DNA of 64,000 bases from Okamejei kenojei (GCA_035221665.1 CM069139.1:57412001-57476000); one strand, 5' to 3'; shown: positions 40,543-54,329, numbered from the stretch's first letter. The notes: generated by a model not told the origin, from the letters alone. A program made the numbers and translations.

Positions 40543-40640
40543 GACAGACACAAAGTGCTGGAGTAACTCAGTGCGTCAGGCAGCATCTCTGGAGAAAAAG
40601 CATAGGTGACTTCTCGGATCAGGACCCTTCTTCAGACTGA
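40543..40640 (-). mobile_element. Inverted Penelope-like 3' end (target of the above insertion)
   Basis: gacacaaagtgctggagtaactcag...gacccttcttcagactga. Confidence 0.8.
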
Positions 40641-40691
40641 CCTTTTGGGTCTGTCAGGAACTGACTGTTCCTGGTAACGGACATCACATCT

Positions 40692-41352
40692 GACACAGCT
40701 GGCAGACCTGCTGCCTCACAGCTCCAGCGATCCGGGTTCAATCCTGACTTCAGGTGCTGTCTCACTCGGTTTATACTCTCTGAATTTAGGAGATTGATCT
40801 TATAGAAACTTATACAAAATTCTTAAGGGGTTGGACAGGCTAGATGCAGGAAGATTGTTCCCGATGTTGGGGAAGTCCAGGACAAGGGGTCACAGCTTAA
40901 GGATAAGGGGAAATCTTTAAGACCGAGATGAGAAAGACTTTCTTCACAGTCTCTGGAACTCTCTGCCACCCCTAAGGGGATCAGAGAGAAGGCAGGTACG
41001 GGATACTGAGTTGGATGATCAGCCATGATCTTGCAGGTCGAAGGACTGAATGGCCTACTCCTGCACCTAATTTCTATGTTTCTATGTTTCTATGTGCAAG
41101 TTCTTCTTCACCCAAGTTTCTCCTGGGTACTCCAGCTTCCTCCCACGTCCTAAAACATCTGGACTGGCATATTATTTGGGAATTGCTAAGTGCACCTCAT
41201 TTATAAGGGAGTGGTAGAATTTGGAGGGAATTTCTGGGAATATATGGAGAATGAAGTGGGATTAGTACAAATTAGTGTAGGATAAGTGCAGATGTGGATC
41301 ACCGTGGACTCAGCATGTCCAAGGGCCAGTTTACATGCTGTATGACTCTGTA
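40692..41352 (+). mobile_element. V-SINE split by a CR1/HER1 3' fragment (about 40765-41090)
   Basis: SINE head at 40692-40762; CR1 fragment (DLIETYKILKGLDRLDAGRLFP, tail (tttctatg)n); SINE body resumes at about 41092. Confidence 0.75.
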
Positions 41353-42256
41353 AGCATAAGGTGAGTTCACGACTGGATGGGTTGGGGAGGGAAAGTGAGA
41401 GAAATTTAAACTTCCTCGAGCCTCACAGTGCACAATGCAGCAGGGATTACGAGATCAGGAAATCAGGAGAGCAATCTCTGGCAATTTTTTCCCTCCCCAT
41501 GAAGGCCTCAGGATGCTGAAGTCATCTGCACTGTCTGAATACCAGGCTGCTGCAGATAAAATACAAAGCCACTGCAGCTGGAGGTTAAACCTGGAACCTG
41601 ATCAGCGTTCCTCGCTTCCACATCCACGTGGTATATTAACCCAGCCGGCTATTAAGATTTTGCATTTTATCAATCCCTGACAACCACACAAATATTTGTA
41701 CATGTACCATGAATTATTCAGCGCAATTGTTCAAATCCAAAGACACCCACGTTAAATGTCATTTAGGGAGAAACAATCAAATCAAAGACTGGGTCTTAAA
41801 TTTTTAGCAGCTTACTTCTAAGAATCTACATTGACATATGCTTCAGCAAACCCATCCAGTTAATGTTACATTCCCCAATTTAATATCCATAACAGCTCAA
41901 TGAGATTTGATATTACATTCATGACTTTGCAAAAAAAAAGGCTGTTTACCAACCAAGCGTTTGAATTTGCAGGTGGAAAATACTGTTGCCATAGTTTGCT
42001 TGCTGCAGGAATGAAATAATACATTTTGATTAAAGGTATTCAGGTGATGACAAGAGCTGTACACTTCAGCGCACATGCTGTTATAAAGGAAGCAGCTGCT
42101 TAACAGCTGTAGCTCTGGACCCATATACAGTACAAGGCATCTCTGATCTTTCAGTAGATGCAATGACTCAACAGCTACATCTTGGTTCACATTAAAGCCA
42201 ATGTGACTAAACAAATGAGTTGCAGCTTTGTGTTTCAGATAGGAATAATCTTTATT

Positions 42257-42388
42257 NNNNNNNNNNNNNNNNNNNNNNNNNNNNNNNNNNNNNNNNNNNN
42301 NNNNNNNNNNNNNNNNNNNNNNNNNNNNNNNNNNNNNNNNNNNNNNNNNNNNNNNNNNNNNNNNNNNNNNNNNNNNNNNNNNNNNNNN
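42257..42388. other. Assembly gap followed by TA/CA low-complexity sequence
   Basis: N run. Confidence 1.
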
Positions 42389-42982
42389 TAAACGTGTGTT
42401 ATAATCCACACACATATAATACATGTACATAATACACATATAATGTATACATTTACATATACATGCATTTATATAACATTTATATCTATATGTGTGTGTG
42501 CGTGTGTATAAAGTGTTTACAGTTATTTTAGCAGAAAATCCTTCTTGTTGTTAACTCTTTGTGAGCCGGCAATGAGAAAATGTAAGAAAATTAATAGGTG
42601 ATGGACAAAAGTCTCCTTATGGGTGTATGGGAACCAATAGTTTTTGAAAGCATTGATGATAAAAAATAAATAACTAAAGGAAAATACAGAAGGCAAGGAG
42701 TGAACATTAAGGGGCTGAATGCTCCCATGCACTTGCTGGTCTCAATGGATTGGGATGGGGTGGGGGTTGCTGATAGCTATAGCACCAGAGCACATCCTTT
42801 ACCTCCATCGTGCCCACTAAAATGGAAGGCCTTGCGTGGGACACCGTATGGTCAATGATGCCAGGGACAGGCAAGTCCAGGATAAGTGGTACCCTTTTTT
42901 TCTGTTCACCAATATATTAATTAGAGTTGAATTTCACATAAAACGGTCCTCTGCTGAAAATCAGACTTTTCTTTCTCATGTT

Positions 42983-43210
42983 CCACAAAGGGTGGTGGGT
43001 GTATGGAACGAGCTGCCGGAGGCGGGTGTTGAGGCAGGCACTATCGCAACATTTAACAAGCATTTTGATAGATAAATGGTTAGAATCGTTTTAGAGGGAT
43101 ACGGGCCAAACACAGGCAGGTGAGACTAGAATAGATGGGGCATGATGGTCAGAGTTGGCAAGTTGGGCCAAAGGGTCTGTTTCCACGCTGTATGACACTT
43201 TGTCTATGAC
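42983..43210 (+). mobile_element. CR1/HER1 3' fragment
   Basis: QRVVGVWNELPEAGVEAGTIATFNKHFDR plus conserved tail. Confidence 0.85.
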
Positions 43211-43439
43211 TGGAGCCCTGGAGGATAAGCTGCACCTATTTTAGGTGTGGTGAAATCTTGCTGTGTTAGATACAACTACTAAATTGTGCTCTCAGAAAAA
43301 TCACAGTAAAATTGGTTAATGGCCACAGACATGGGTTAAACAGGACATCTGTTTCTCAATTCAGATCGGCTCCCAAAACATTGTTGCACATCAGGGAAGT
43401 ACATCACACTTTTATCGCATTTCACTGCCTCCTTGATAC

Positions 43440-43665
43440 TTGTGCGACTATTGCACTCTCCTCTCCTCTTATCCGACACCCTTTGTCTCTTACTCCAACC
43501 ATCTGCCAATCAACTCCCCCTCCCTCACATGTGTGCATCTATCACTTGGCAGGCTTTGACCTGTACCCACCTCTTTTTTCAACTTTCTCTCCCCCCCCCC
43601 CCACTCCAATCAGTCCAAAGAAGGATCCCAGCCTAAAGCGTCGCTTGTCCGTTCCTTCCACCAAT
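43440..43665 (+). mobile_element. Decayed Penelope-like 3' UTR
   Basis: Similar to 63150-63330; eroded hammerhead cagtccaaagaaggatcccagcctaaagcgtc. Confidence 0.5.
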
Positions 43666-44009
43666 GGGCGGCACAGAAGCACAGTAGACCCCAACTTCCA
43701 TGTAGAGTGATGGTCCCACAGCACGGCTGTAATCATCCCACTGATCGTCACTCATCTCCATGGCAAAAGCCTTGGAAAACCAATTGATCATGTGAAACTT
43801 CCCATGGGAAGTGGTGGCCTCTAAAACCTCTGTGTTGGAGTATGCTTTTCACTGATGGGCCCATTGTTGCTTCCCACTCTGACGTCCCACAACCACACAG
43901 AGTGGGCAGCCATGACTACCACACCGCCTCCAGCCATGCAGTGTTGCCAGCGGAGTTGCCACCAACTCACCTACTGCATGAGTATCTTGTGAGCTAAATG
44001 TTGATGGTT

Positions 44010-44245
44010 TGGCACAGTGGTGTGGCCAGTAGAGCCATCCCGGTTGCAGTTGCTGCCTCAGATCGCCAGAACCAGGTTCGTCCCTGACTATGGGTGCTGT
44101 ATGTACAGGGTTTGTATGTTCTCCCTGTGACCGTATGGGTTTTGCCTAAGCGCTCCGGGATCGTCCCACGTCCCACAGATGCATGGGTTTGTAGGTTACT
44201 TGGTCTCTGTAAATAACTTAAACTAATCCCTGTCCGTGTAAGCAC
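44010..44245 (+). mobile_element. V-SINE, diverged
   Basis: tRNA head plus gtttgtatgttctccctgtgaccg. Confidence 0.7.
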
Positions 44246-44601
44246 ACCGAGCGGAGCTTCAAAGGGGCTTGAGCAGTTTATAGTTCATTTCTGAAACAGC
44301 TACTATGAGCAGGATCTCCCTTAAAATAGTAAGAAAAGCACCAAATGAACCCAAGGTGCTTCTAGTCAGAGTGAGACTGTCCACAATTGTTGGGGAGTTA
44401 AGCTTTAATGCTTCAATTTGTGTCACGCTGGGCAAAAATGGTTCGACAGGATTATGGATGTCAGCGTGTGCTCCCTTCATACCTGCCTATGGTCAGGTCT
44501 GCAAATATCATTCTTGTCCGGTTCAGATTGGCAATTTTTCACCCAGAAGTAATCATCACCGTGATCCCTTCCTTGAAATATCAAATTGTGATATTAATAT
44601 T

Positions 44602-44886
44602 GGGGCAGCACAGTGGTGCAGCGGTAGAGTTGCTGCCTTACAGCACCAGAGATCTGGGTTCGATCCTGACCATGGGTGCTGCCTGTAGAGTTTGTATGTT
44701 CTCCCTGTGACTGCGTGTGTTTCCTCGGGTGCTCCAGTTTCCTCCCACATGCCAAAGATATGCAGATTTGCAGGTTTATTGGTTGTCTGTAAATTGTCCC
44801 TAGTGTGTAGGATAGTGTTAGTGTACGGAGTGATAGTTGGTCAGCGCGAACCTGGTGGGCCAAAGGGCCTGCTTTCACGCTGTAAA
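44602..44886 (+). mobile_element. V-SINE, full length
   Basis: A-box-like gtggtgcagcggtaga, B-box-like gggttcgatcc, V-domain and HER1-type tail. Confidence 0.85.
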
Positions 44887-45393
44887 GGCATCTATCTGAC
44901 CCAGTTGCGTAATATCTTCACTATTGACTCAATGCTGAATTCAACATCCAAGATTGTCTTATCACAAAATGTGCAGTATTTGTTAACCTCTGTGTAAGAA
45001 ATGCCCAGGAAGATTGTATGTAACAGGTTAGCAAAAATGAAATAGAAATTAGCAATATTCACAACTGAAGTATACATCTGAGCCAATAATAAAAAACAAT
45101 AGATTGGAAACTTGACAGAAAATGACATCCCTGACCCTCTTGTTCGAAATACATGCTCTCTCAGAAGCAGTTTTCAAAAAATATTTCTTTAACATTCAAG
45201 ACCAGAAGTAATGTTGAATGATATTGAAAAAATGCTTCACTGTCTTATGTTCTTGTGAAGTTTGTCATCTGAGAGAGTATGTTTCGCAATGCCCATATAA
45301 TCTCGCGCAGAGCAGTACTTTAATGAGTTGAACATCCAAAGAAAATGGAACTCAATGTTCGCAGATTACAGAAACGTTTTCTCTTGAACTTTA

Positions 45394-45714
<321 letters not shown>

Positions 45715-47039
45715 TCATTAAAATATGGGGGTGTTATGCAAATAATATTGAACGCAAGGCCCCATGTCTCCCAATCCTGTTTTGATAAACTTCACATGAA
45801 CACACATGTATCATTAATTCAATTATTGCAGTGCCTCTGATGGAGAGAAGTAGCCCTCTGTCAAGTATATTTATGTAGAGTTTAAAAGCTTCCATAACAA
45901 TTTCAATTTGATCCGACTTTGCGCCTTAAATATGTGGGACGGGTTGGGTGCAGGTTTTCCAAGTGAAACTAGGTAAGGACTTGAAAGCCAAGAAATAAGA
46001 TCTGCGCATTGTAGGGATTTTTGCATAAGGTGTAAGTAACTGTATCATGGTTCACTACACAGAACAGATCAGAGTTCATCATCGCACCCTCCCCCCACAG
46101 CATTTGCATGGAATGACACCCTCCATCTCCTTGCTTCACTGCTTTCCACTCTTGTATTTAAGAGAATAAGGTACATTAGATACATGTATCAAGGCAGGGT
46201 GCATTCTTTAAATCAGGAGTTACCTCTATCTACTCTCACCACTGTTCAGCCTTTCCTTGCATTAATTGTGCATTTGCAAAAATCATTTACTTTTAACAGT
46301 CATAGTTATTTTTCTTTACCCTCAGGCAAAAATGCCTTGAAAGCCTGCCTAGAGGGCATCTAAATTATGTATCTAAAAAAACTCTGCACCAAGGCATTCC
46401 TGGTCTCGTACTTTCTTAAAATTCATACGTGCTTGTCCTCCTGTTTTTGAGAGGCATCAATCAGAGCACCTATATATATCATATTTCCCCATTAATATTT
46501 GAACCAATAACATTAAAAAGAAAGAAGAAAGAAGAGACCCAAAGTATAATCAAATGCAAAATAAATGAAGGATACTGAAACAGCGTTGGATTTTTTTAAA
46601 TATTCAACGCTATGTTTTCTCTTGCACATCATTTGCCTAAAGCCACACGAAAGAAGAAAACAGAGAAGCATAGAGTTTGTGCTCCCTGCTGATGTTTAAG
46701 AAGCTAAAGTCCTGGAAGGACATCTGGAAATAGAGCTGAGACTGTGGGTTTTGTAATTTAAGAATAGACATTCATTAGGAGTAAATGCCATAAATCCCTT
46801 GCTAAGTAAAAACCTTGTTCAGGAAAGCCTAAAACAATAAACTTAGGACTCTGAGTAGCCAGAACCACATAGCTTCCTAAGGAATGCTACAAATGCAGCA
46901 GCTAATGCTACAACTGTCCTTTGGTTATGTGATTACCAGGGTTGGTGGCACTCAGCACTCGCATTAAACACGGATCCTTTTCTATGTCAACTTTTGTGCT
47001 AGTTAACAGTTTTGTTTTACCACTGCGGCCACAACAGCT

Positions 47040-47072
<33 letters not shown>

Positions 47073-47078
47073 GGGGGG
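47040..47078. repeat. poly-G tract
   Basis: About 32 consecutive G. Confidence 0.9.
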
Positions 47079-48442
47079 CGGAGACAAAAAAAAACCACAG
47101 CAAAGAGTTGGCAGATTAATTTTATTGACATTTCCATTTTCACTGCAATGTGATACCCTCCATCACATTGGAGAGGCAACCCCCAGTATTTACAGACTGA
47201 CAAGTCACTTCATTACAGTCACCCAGCCCCAAGGCAGCGCGGCTCCCTCCATCTGCACAAATGTCAGCGCACAAACCCTTCATCTACCACTAACTTTTGT
47301 TACCTCTCCACGAACGTGAATCATGACGGCGAGCCAAAAAGGTGGAAATAATCATAAAAATGAAGCTGGACCAGAAACATTCGTAGAGCCTCATTACAAT
47401 TGCCGAGTGCAGAATGCTGGTGATTTACACCCTCTTCCACGATGCCAGGAAGGAATGCTGCAGGGCAAATTTTCCCAAATGCTAATGGCTTCTGACTGTT
47501 TCTTGGCAACTATGGCATTTTAACCTGTGCGTATGTCTACTCCAAAACAGAAAGTGGAAATGTCTTATCATCTGTCCGTGTGACACAGATGGAGAGTGGC
47601 TATTAGGAGTCAGGCACTGGGCCTCGGGGATCTGAGGTGCTGTGCTGTAGCCTACGGCAGTTTTGGAAAGCTGTGCCTGGGGAGAGGAAAAATCTACGCC
47701 CAGAAAAAAAGCTGGTATCAGAAGTATGTATGTGCACACATTAGAAAATGAGATGGAGAAGAAAGGAAAATGAGCTGATAAAAAATATTTTTAGATTTAA
47801 TAGAATATTAGTTCATTATTAACTATCTCAAGCGAATCCCATGTAACCTTATTAATTTAGCATAATTGGTAATGCATCAAATTTCAAGCTTTAATACAGT
47901 GGTAAACATAGGTTAAGAGATAATGTGCTGATTTATTTGGTTTGATTTATTTGTTTTTCTTGTGAGTAATATTACTTTCTTGGCTTGTTTTATCTGTAAT
48001 ACATGGGTTAATTTTATTTTCCTGCATAAAATGTAAAACTTTCCTCTTAATGTGCCTGAAATGGCCAATACCTGAACCCTTCATTATTCGACTCTCTTTT
48101 CACCATGCTGTGTTGCACGCTTCTGCACGTTACAATTGAATTTTTGTGTTGGGTTTATTTTGAAGTGACCAGATATTAAGCAGGGCACGACATGCTGCTC
48201 TGGAGTTCAGTGTAACAGCTGCACTTTCTTTTGTTGAGTACAACATTTACGAACTGTGTGGGTTTTCCTATGTTAAAGAGAAGACAGTGACCCATGCCAC
48301 CTTCTTTATACTCGAAGGAGCACTAAAAATCACTGCTCATGGGCTTTCCCCAAGCTTCTGTGGCCCAGAACAACCTCCCACCAACACTCCCCCACCCCTT
48401 GCTCCACTCCCCCACCCCTCAAGTAAGGGAAAGGAAATGTAA

Positions 48443-48788
48443 AGGTGGGGGGAGGGGAGATAGAGGGAGAGAGAGCGAGGGAGAGAGAGGGGGAGAGGGG
48501 GAGAGAGAGGGGGAGAGAGCGGGGCAGAGAGCCGGAGAGAGAGCGGGAGAGGGAGAGAAGGGGAAGAGAGAATGGGGGAGAGAGAATGGGGGAGAGAAAG
48601 AGTGAGAGAGGAAGGGTGGGAGAGAGAGAGGGAAGGGTGGGCGAGAGAGAGAAGGAAGGGTGGGAGAGAGAGAGAAGGAAGGGTGGGAGAGAGAGAGAAG
48701 GAAGGGTGGGAGAGAGAGAATAGTGGGAGAGAGAGGGATGGGGTTGAGAGAGGGAAAGGGGTAGAGCAGGGGAGAGAGAAGAGAAGGG
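48443..48788. repeat. Purine-rich low-complexity tract with about 22-bp tandem units (ggaagggtgggagagagagaga)
   Basis: Five units at about 48610-48720. Confidence 0.85.
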
Positions 48789-49917
48789 ATTTTATGCTCC
48801 ATTCTCCTCAACTTTTCAGGCGGTATAAACAGCATTTAGCACATTCAACCCCCAAATGACTCCAAATGCTCTGAGCTGCAGGGGCTCATCTTTTGTTAGT
48901 CTCCCTCTATTTACACAGGATTTGCGCAGGGCTCTCCAGTGAAGAGACCACATGTTACTGACAGAAAGCGGCTTCATTCACAACACATCAGGCAAAGAGG
49001 CTGTAGCCATTGCTGCTTCCGTGCTGAGGCAGGATTAAGCCTCTGGTAACACTGAGCCTAAAGACTTGCTAAATGATAAACAAAATGTGCAGGCTGCTAC
49101 TTAAAACCAAATTAGGCAGAGATAGATCATAATATAAGCATGCAAGGGCTACAAAAGTAGATTAAGGTATTAGATCTGTCTTTAAGCTTCACCTTCCAAT
49201 GAAGCAATGCAATATACCTCACCCATTTATTTATGCAAATTCCTTTCTGCCTCTCTTCATAGGGTACATTTATACCTAGCACGAGCTGTGTCCTGAAAGA
49301 CACAGAAACATGTCTGCTATATTGCTGCCCTTGAATACACCGTATAAAACGTTCCCATTTGTCCAGCAAAGAAACCAAGTCAGGCAACAGATCAATAATG
49401 TGACCTGGAAGCAGAAAGCTGGGAGTGAGTTGTACCTGCTTGGTGCTAAATGGTTTTTCTGTAGGTAATGGTTGCCCAGTACATGTATGTTTGAATTGTG
49501 AATGTGTGTACTTTTTTTTCATTTCACTTGTAAAATGTCGCTACTAGTTCCTATAGAGCTGGCTTAGTAACTCAAATGTATTCACTAATAGGCTTCAGAT
49601 TCCATTATAATCAGTAAGAGAAAAAAAAGAGACCAGTATTTTTAGCAGGGAATATTCATTTTTATAAATTATTTGGGAAAGGTGATGTAAACTGATCTAC
49701 AGCGATCATCTAGGAATTTTTCATGTGCACGCCAAAGATACCCGAGTCAAATTCTTACATTTCACTTCACTTAGCCACCTCAGAATGCAAATAATATGCA
49801 CAAATGACATTGTCATGCTGGAGTCACATCGGGAAGATCAAAGCCATTGGTTCCAGCCTTGGCCTAGTCTCCATCTCATCCCTTGGTAACATTTGCAGAT
49901 GGGACCATGCTAACCAT

Positions 49918-50219
49918 TTAGACTTTAAAGAGTCAGCATGGAAAAAGGCCATTCGGCCCACTGAGTATGTGCCAACCAGCGATCACCCCATGCACTAGCT
50001 TACAAACCTCGGACAATTTTTTACAATTTGCAGAAGCCAATTAACCTACAAACCTGAACATCTTTGGAATGTGGGAGGAAACCGAAGCACCTGGAGAAAA
50101 CCCAGGCGGTCACGGGAAGAACATTCAAACTCTGTACAGACAATACCCATGGTCAGGATCAAACCCAGGTCTCTGGCGCTGTAAGACAGCAACTCTACCA
50201 CTGTGCCACCATGCTGCCC
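49918..50219 (-). mobile_element. V-SINE, full length
   Basis: Collinear with the other copies. Confidence 0.85.
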
Positions 50220-50366
50220 TGGTTGCAGTTGCTGCCTTACAGTGCCATTCTGCCAAGCTTCAGGTGACCTGCCTACATAATGTCAGCTGGTTTAACATCC
50301 TGTCCAAAAACATCTGTCTTCAGATTCTGGATTCAGATTATATCCAACCACAATCATGCCACGATG

Positions 50367-52147
50367 GCATATTCAGCCACCACATCTGGATTCTAAACAG
50401 CCCCCCTTGCCGCTTTTTCCGAGCCCCCACTCACTCATCTTTACTACGGACACTCAGTCACTCTACACCTCCATCCCCCACCAGGAAGGCCTTAAAGCCC
50501 TCCGTTTCTTTCTCGACCGCAGAACCATCCAATTTCCCTCTACTACCACTCTATTCCACCTAGCGAAGCTGGTCCTCACCCTTAATAGCTTCTCCTTTGA
50601 CTCCTCTCACTTCCTCCCAGTTCAAGGCGAAGCTATGGGCACCCGCAAGGGCCCAGCTATGCCTGCCTCTTTGTAGGGTACATTGTTCCAGGCGAACACT
50701 ATCTCCATTATATTGATGACAGCATCGGTGATACCTCCTGCCCCCATGCAGAACTCATGGACGTCATCAACTTCACCACAAATTTTCATCCTGCACTCAA
50801 ATTTACTTGGACTCTTAAACCCACTGACTCCCACAACTATCTCGACCACATTTCTTCCAACCTTGCTTCCTGCAAAAATTCTATCCCCTATTCCCAATTC
50901 CTCCATCTACACCGCATCTCTGCCCAAGATGGGGTGCTCCAAACTAGAAAATCCGAGATGTCCTCATTTTTTAGGGAACAGGGGAGTTCACCTCGCCCAT
51001 CATAGATGAGGCCCTCACTCGTGTCTCCTTGGTACCCTGCAGCTCCGCCCTTGCTCCTCCTCCCCCTAGTCGCAACAGAGACACAGTCCACCTTGTCCTT
51101 ACATTCCACCCCATCAGCCGTCGCATACAACTGGAATTTCCGCCACCTCCAATGGGATCCCACCACGAGCCACATTTTCCCATCTCCACCCCTTTCCGTC
51201 TTCCGCAGAGATCCTTCCCTCCACAACTCCCTGGTTAACTCATCACTTCCCACTCAAACCACCCCCTCCCCAGGTACCTTCCCCTGCAACCGAAGAAGAT
51301 GCAACGCCTGTCGCTATACTTCCTCCTTCAACTCTCTCCAGGGACCCCGATAGTCCTTTCAGGTTAGGCAGAGGTTCACTTGCACCTCCTCCAACCTCAT
51401 CTACTGTATCCGTTGTTCAAGATGTGGACTCTTATACTTCGGCGAGACCAAACGCAGACTGGGCGATCATTTAGCGGAACACCTTCGCTCAGCATGCCTG
51501 ACCCAACCTGATCTCCCGGTTGCTGGACACTTTAATCCTCCTTCCCATTTCTACATGACCTTTCTGTCCTCCATTGTCAGAGTGAGGCTAAACGCAAATT
51601 GGAGGAACAGCACCTCATATTTTGCTTGGGCAGCTTACAGCCCAGAGGTATGAATATTGATTTCTCTCACTTCAGGTAGCCCCGGCATTCCTTCTCTCTC
51701 TATCCCTCCCCCATCCAAGTCGCACTAGTTTCTAATTTTTATCCTACAAACAGCTTAGCATATTCAGCCACCGCATCTAGAATCATCCTCTTAAACCCAA
51801 ACAGCTCCCCTTGCTGCTTTCCGAGCCCCCACTCACTCATCTTTACTATGGACGTTCAGTCCCTCTACACCTCCATCCCCCACCACGAAGGCCTTAAAGC
51901 CCTCCATTTCTTTCTTGACTGCAGAACCATTCAATTTCCCCTCTAACATCCTTTATCATTGTTACTTTTTTACATATCTTTCATTCATTGTTCTTTATCT
52001 CTCCACATCACCGTCGATATCTTTTGTGTTCCTTATCCCTTAAACCTAACCAGTCTGAAGAAGTGTCTCAACCAGAAAGGTCACCCATTCCTTGTCTCTA
52101 GTGATGCCGCCCGTCCCGCTGAGTTACTCCAGCTTTTTGTGTCTAAC
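50367..52147 (+). mobile_element. Decayed Penelope-like retroelement: RT (SLYTSIPH, GxAMGT, YIDD), GIY-YIG and 3' end
   Basis: TDTQSLYTSIPHQEGLKAL...GEAMGT; cattatattgatgac (HYIDD); NFHPALKFT; FTCTSSNLIYCIRCSRCGLLYFGETKRRLGD; degenerate hammerhead at about 52052-52085. Confidence 0.88.
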
Positions 52148-52724
52148 CCCTTGCCGCCTTTTTCTCTTCTAAATACTTCATAAGTTCGTCATAGGAGCAG
52201 AAGTAGACCATTCGGCCCATCATGCCTACTCCACCATTCAGTTATACTTCCTCACAGCCCACCATATCTATCATGTTTTTAGTGCCCCACTTTAATCTTG
52301 CCTTCATTGACTATTCCTCTACACTCCTTCAACGTATCAGTACCAGTGCAAAATCGTTGTCGTCATTGTTTTTATTTTGTGAATTGACTTGGTCAGAATT
52401 CACACAGTATTTGTTATTTAGGCTCTATTTATCTCATCTGGAAGAAGCCCCCTTGCCTTTGGATTACAAGATTAGCAGCAAGTTGTTGAGTCCCTTGAGC
52501 TTGTTTAGCCATCAGTCAAATCGGTACATGAATCCCCCTTATCCACCATATACCTTATTAACTATACTTGATACAAAATAGATTAATCTCAGTTTCGCTA
52601 TTGACGTTGTATTCTTTCTTCCAACCTAGTTCACTGGTCACTTCCATAGATGGGCTCATCTCGTTTCAGATATTCATCTGCTTCTTATTTTAGGGTCAAA
52701 TTCAACCTCATGCAAGGCTGAGAT

Positions 52725-53030
52725 TAGTTTACATCTATTTTAGAGATTTTCGCGTGGAAACAGGCCCTTCGGCCTACAGAGTCCTCGCCAACCTCAATCA
52801 CCCATACACTAGTTCTATCCTGCACACAAAGGACAATTTACAGAAGCCAATTAAAGTACAAACCTGTGCGTCTTTGGGATGTGGGAGGAAACCAGAGCAC
52901 CCAGAGAAAACTCACGTGGTCACAGGGAGAACGTTCAAACTCTGTACAGACAGCACCCATAGTCAGGATTGAACCTGGGTCTCTGGCGCTGTAAGACAGC
53001 AATTCTACCGCTGCGCCACTGTACCACCCT
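52725..53030 (-). mobile_element. V-SINE, full length
   Basis: Collinear with the other copies. Confidence 0.85.
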
Positions 53031-53454
53031 AATGTTCATCTGTGCTCTTGGTGTTTTTAACTTATAGACGTCTCTTAATTTCTGCTACAACTTTTCCCAC
53101 TGAGGAATATCTGGGCCAGCAAATGAGCAGAAGTTAGCACGAAACTGTCCAGAAAACATGTTTTGAAGTCCTTGTCAATGTTAGTGTTGGGAAGAGCAAG
53201 GGAGGGGGTGAGAGGGATAGGTGGGGTTGTAGAGAGATGCTAATGCTTGGAGGGAGAGGCATTTGGATTGGACAGGGTGGTAATGGGGTTCATTTGAGTT
53301 TATTGGATAGACTTCTTCGAGGACCAAAAATAAAACCTGGAAAAGATGAATGATGTATCTCACAACCATTCCATCCTCTCTGCTGTCAGTTTTAGCTAGT
53401 TCAGTTAAGATTCTGTTGTGATGCATATGTCACCATCAGCTCTCAACATGCACA

Positions 53455-53648
53455 TTAGTTTAGTTTAGTTTATTGTCACATGTACCGAGGTACAGTGAAA
53501 AGCTTTTGTTGCTTGCTAACCAATCAGCGGAGTGACAATACATCATTACAATCGAGCCGCCCACGTGATACATGACAAAGGGAATAACGTTTAGTGCAGT
53601 AAAGTCTGATTAAAGATAGTCAGAGGGTCTCCGATGAGGTAGATAGTG
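53455..53648 (-). mobile_element. Rex1/Babar-like 3' tail
   Basis: Homologous to 6306-6520. Confidence 0.7.
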
Positions 53649-54329
53649 GGCATACCTATTTTTGCGTCGGGGATAGTGGGCATATTAATTGAGTCCACAG
53701 CTGCCCAGCATTCAATGTAGGAATCACACCGGGAAAAGTGTTGGGAGGTGGTGTTGGGGAGGGCATTTGGGAGGAGCACCGTGGGAGTGTGGCAACTTCT
53801 GGCCAGCCGCCGCTTTAAGCCCACGACACCTACTCACTCCACTATCCAGAGTTAAATTCGGTACCTTCGGCTTTAATATTGCACTCACAGTGCAATCATC
53901 ATAAACGTGACACCTAGTTCTCAGTAAGTGATCACCGCCACACTTCTTAATCGGGATTGAATGCTCCTGAAGCCATTTTATAACGTTGTGACATGATTCA
54001 GTGTTGCTAACAAAATTATTCACCCGATGAACAAGACTGATGTAGATTAGAGACATGAGGTGGGGATAACTCAGCTCTGCACAATAAATTGAATGACCCT
54101 TGATGACTGAAAGTGGCAATATTGCCCTCGTCTGCTTGCTCTCCCCATCTGAGTAGCCGCCAGGTGTTCAACATGTATGTGTGCTCATATAACCATGTTG
54201 CTCTCAGCTGTGGGGGAGGAACAGCCTCTGGTGATGCATGTGAAGCTCATCAAGAGTTTGGGTTCTTGCAATTTGTGAAATATGTTAGTAAGAAATGGGA
54301 ACATTAACTACTAAATCTTTGGACATGGG

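Noticed and set aside
44602-44680. tRNA gene
   Set aside because: It is a tRNA-like SINE head running directly into the V-domain body, present in many decayed copies.
48339-48859. Overlapping Glu/Arg/Gly- and Pro/Ser-rich ORFs
   Set aside because: Artefacts of a low-complexity GA tract.
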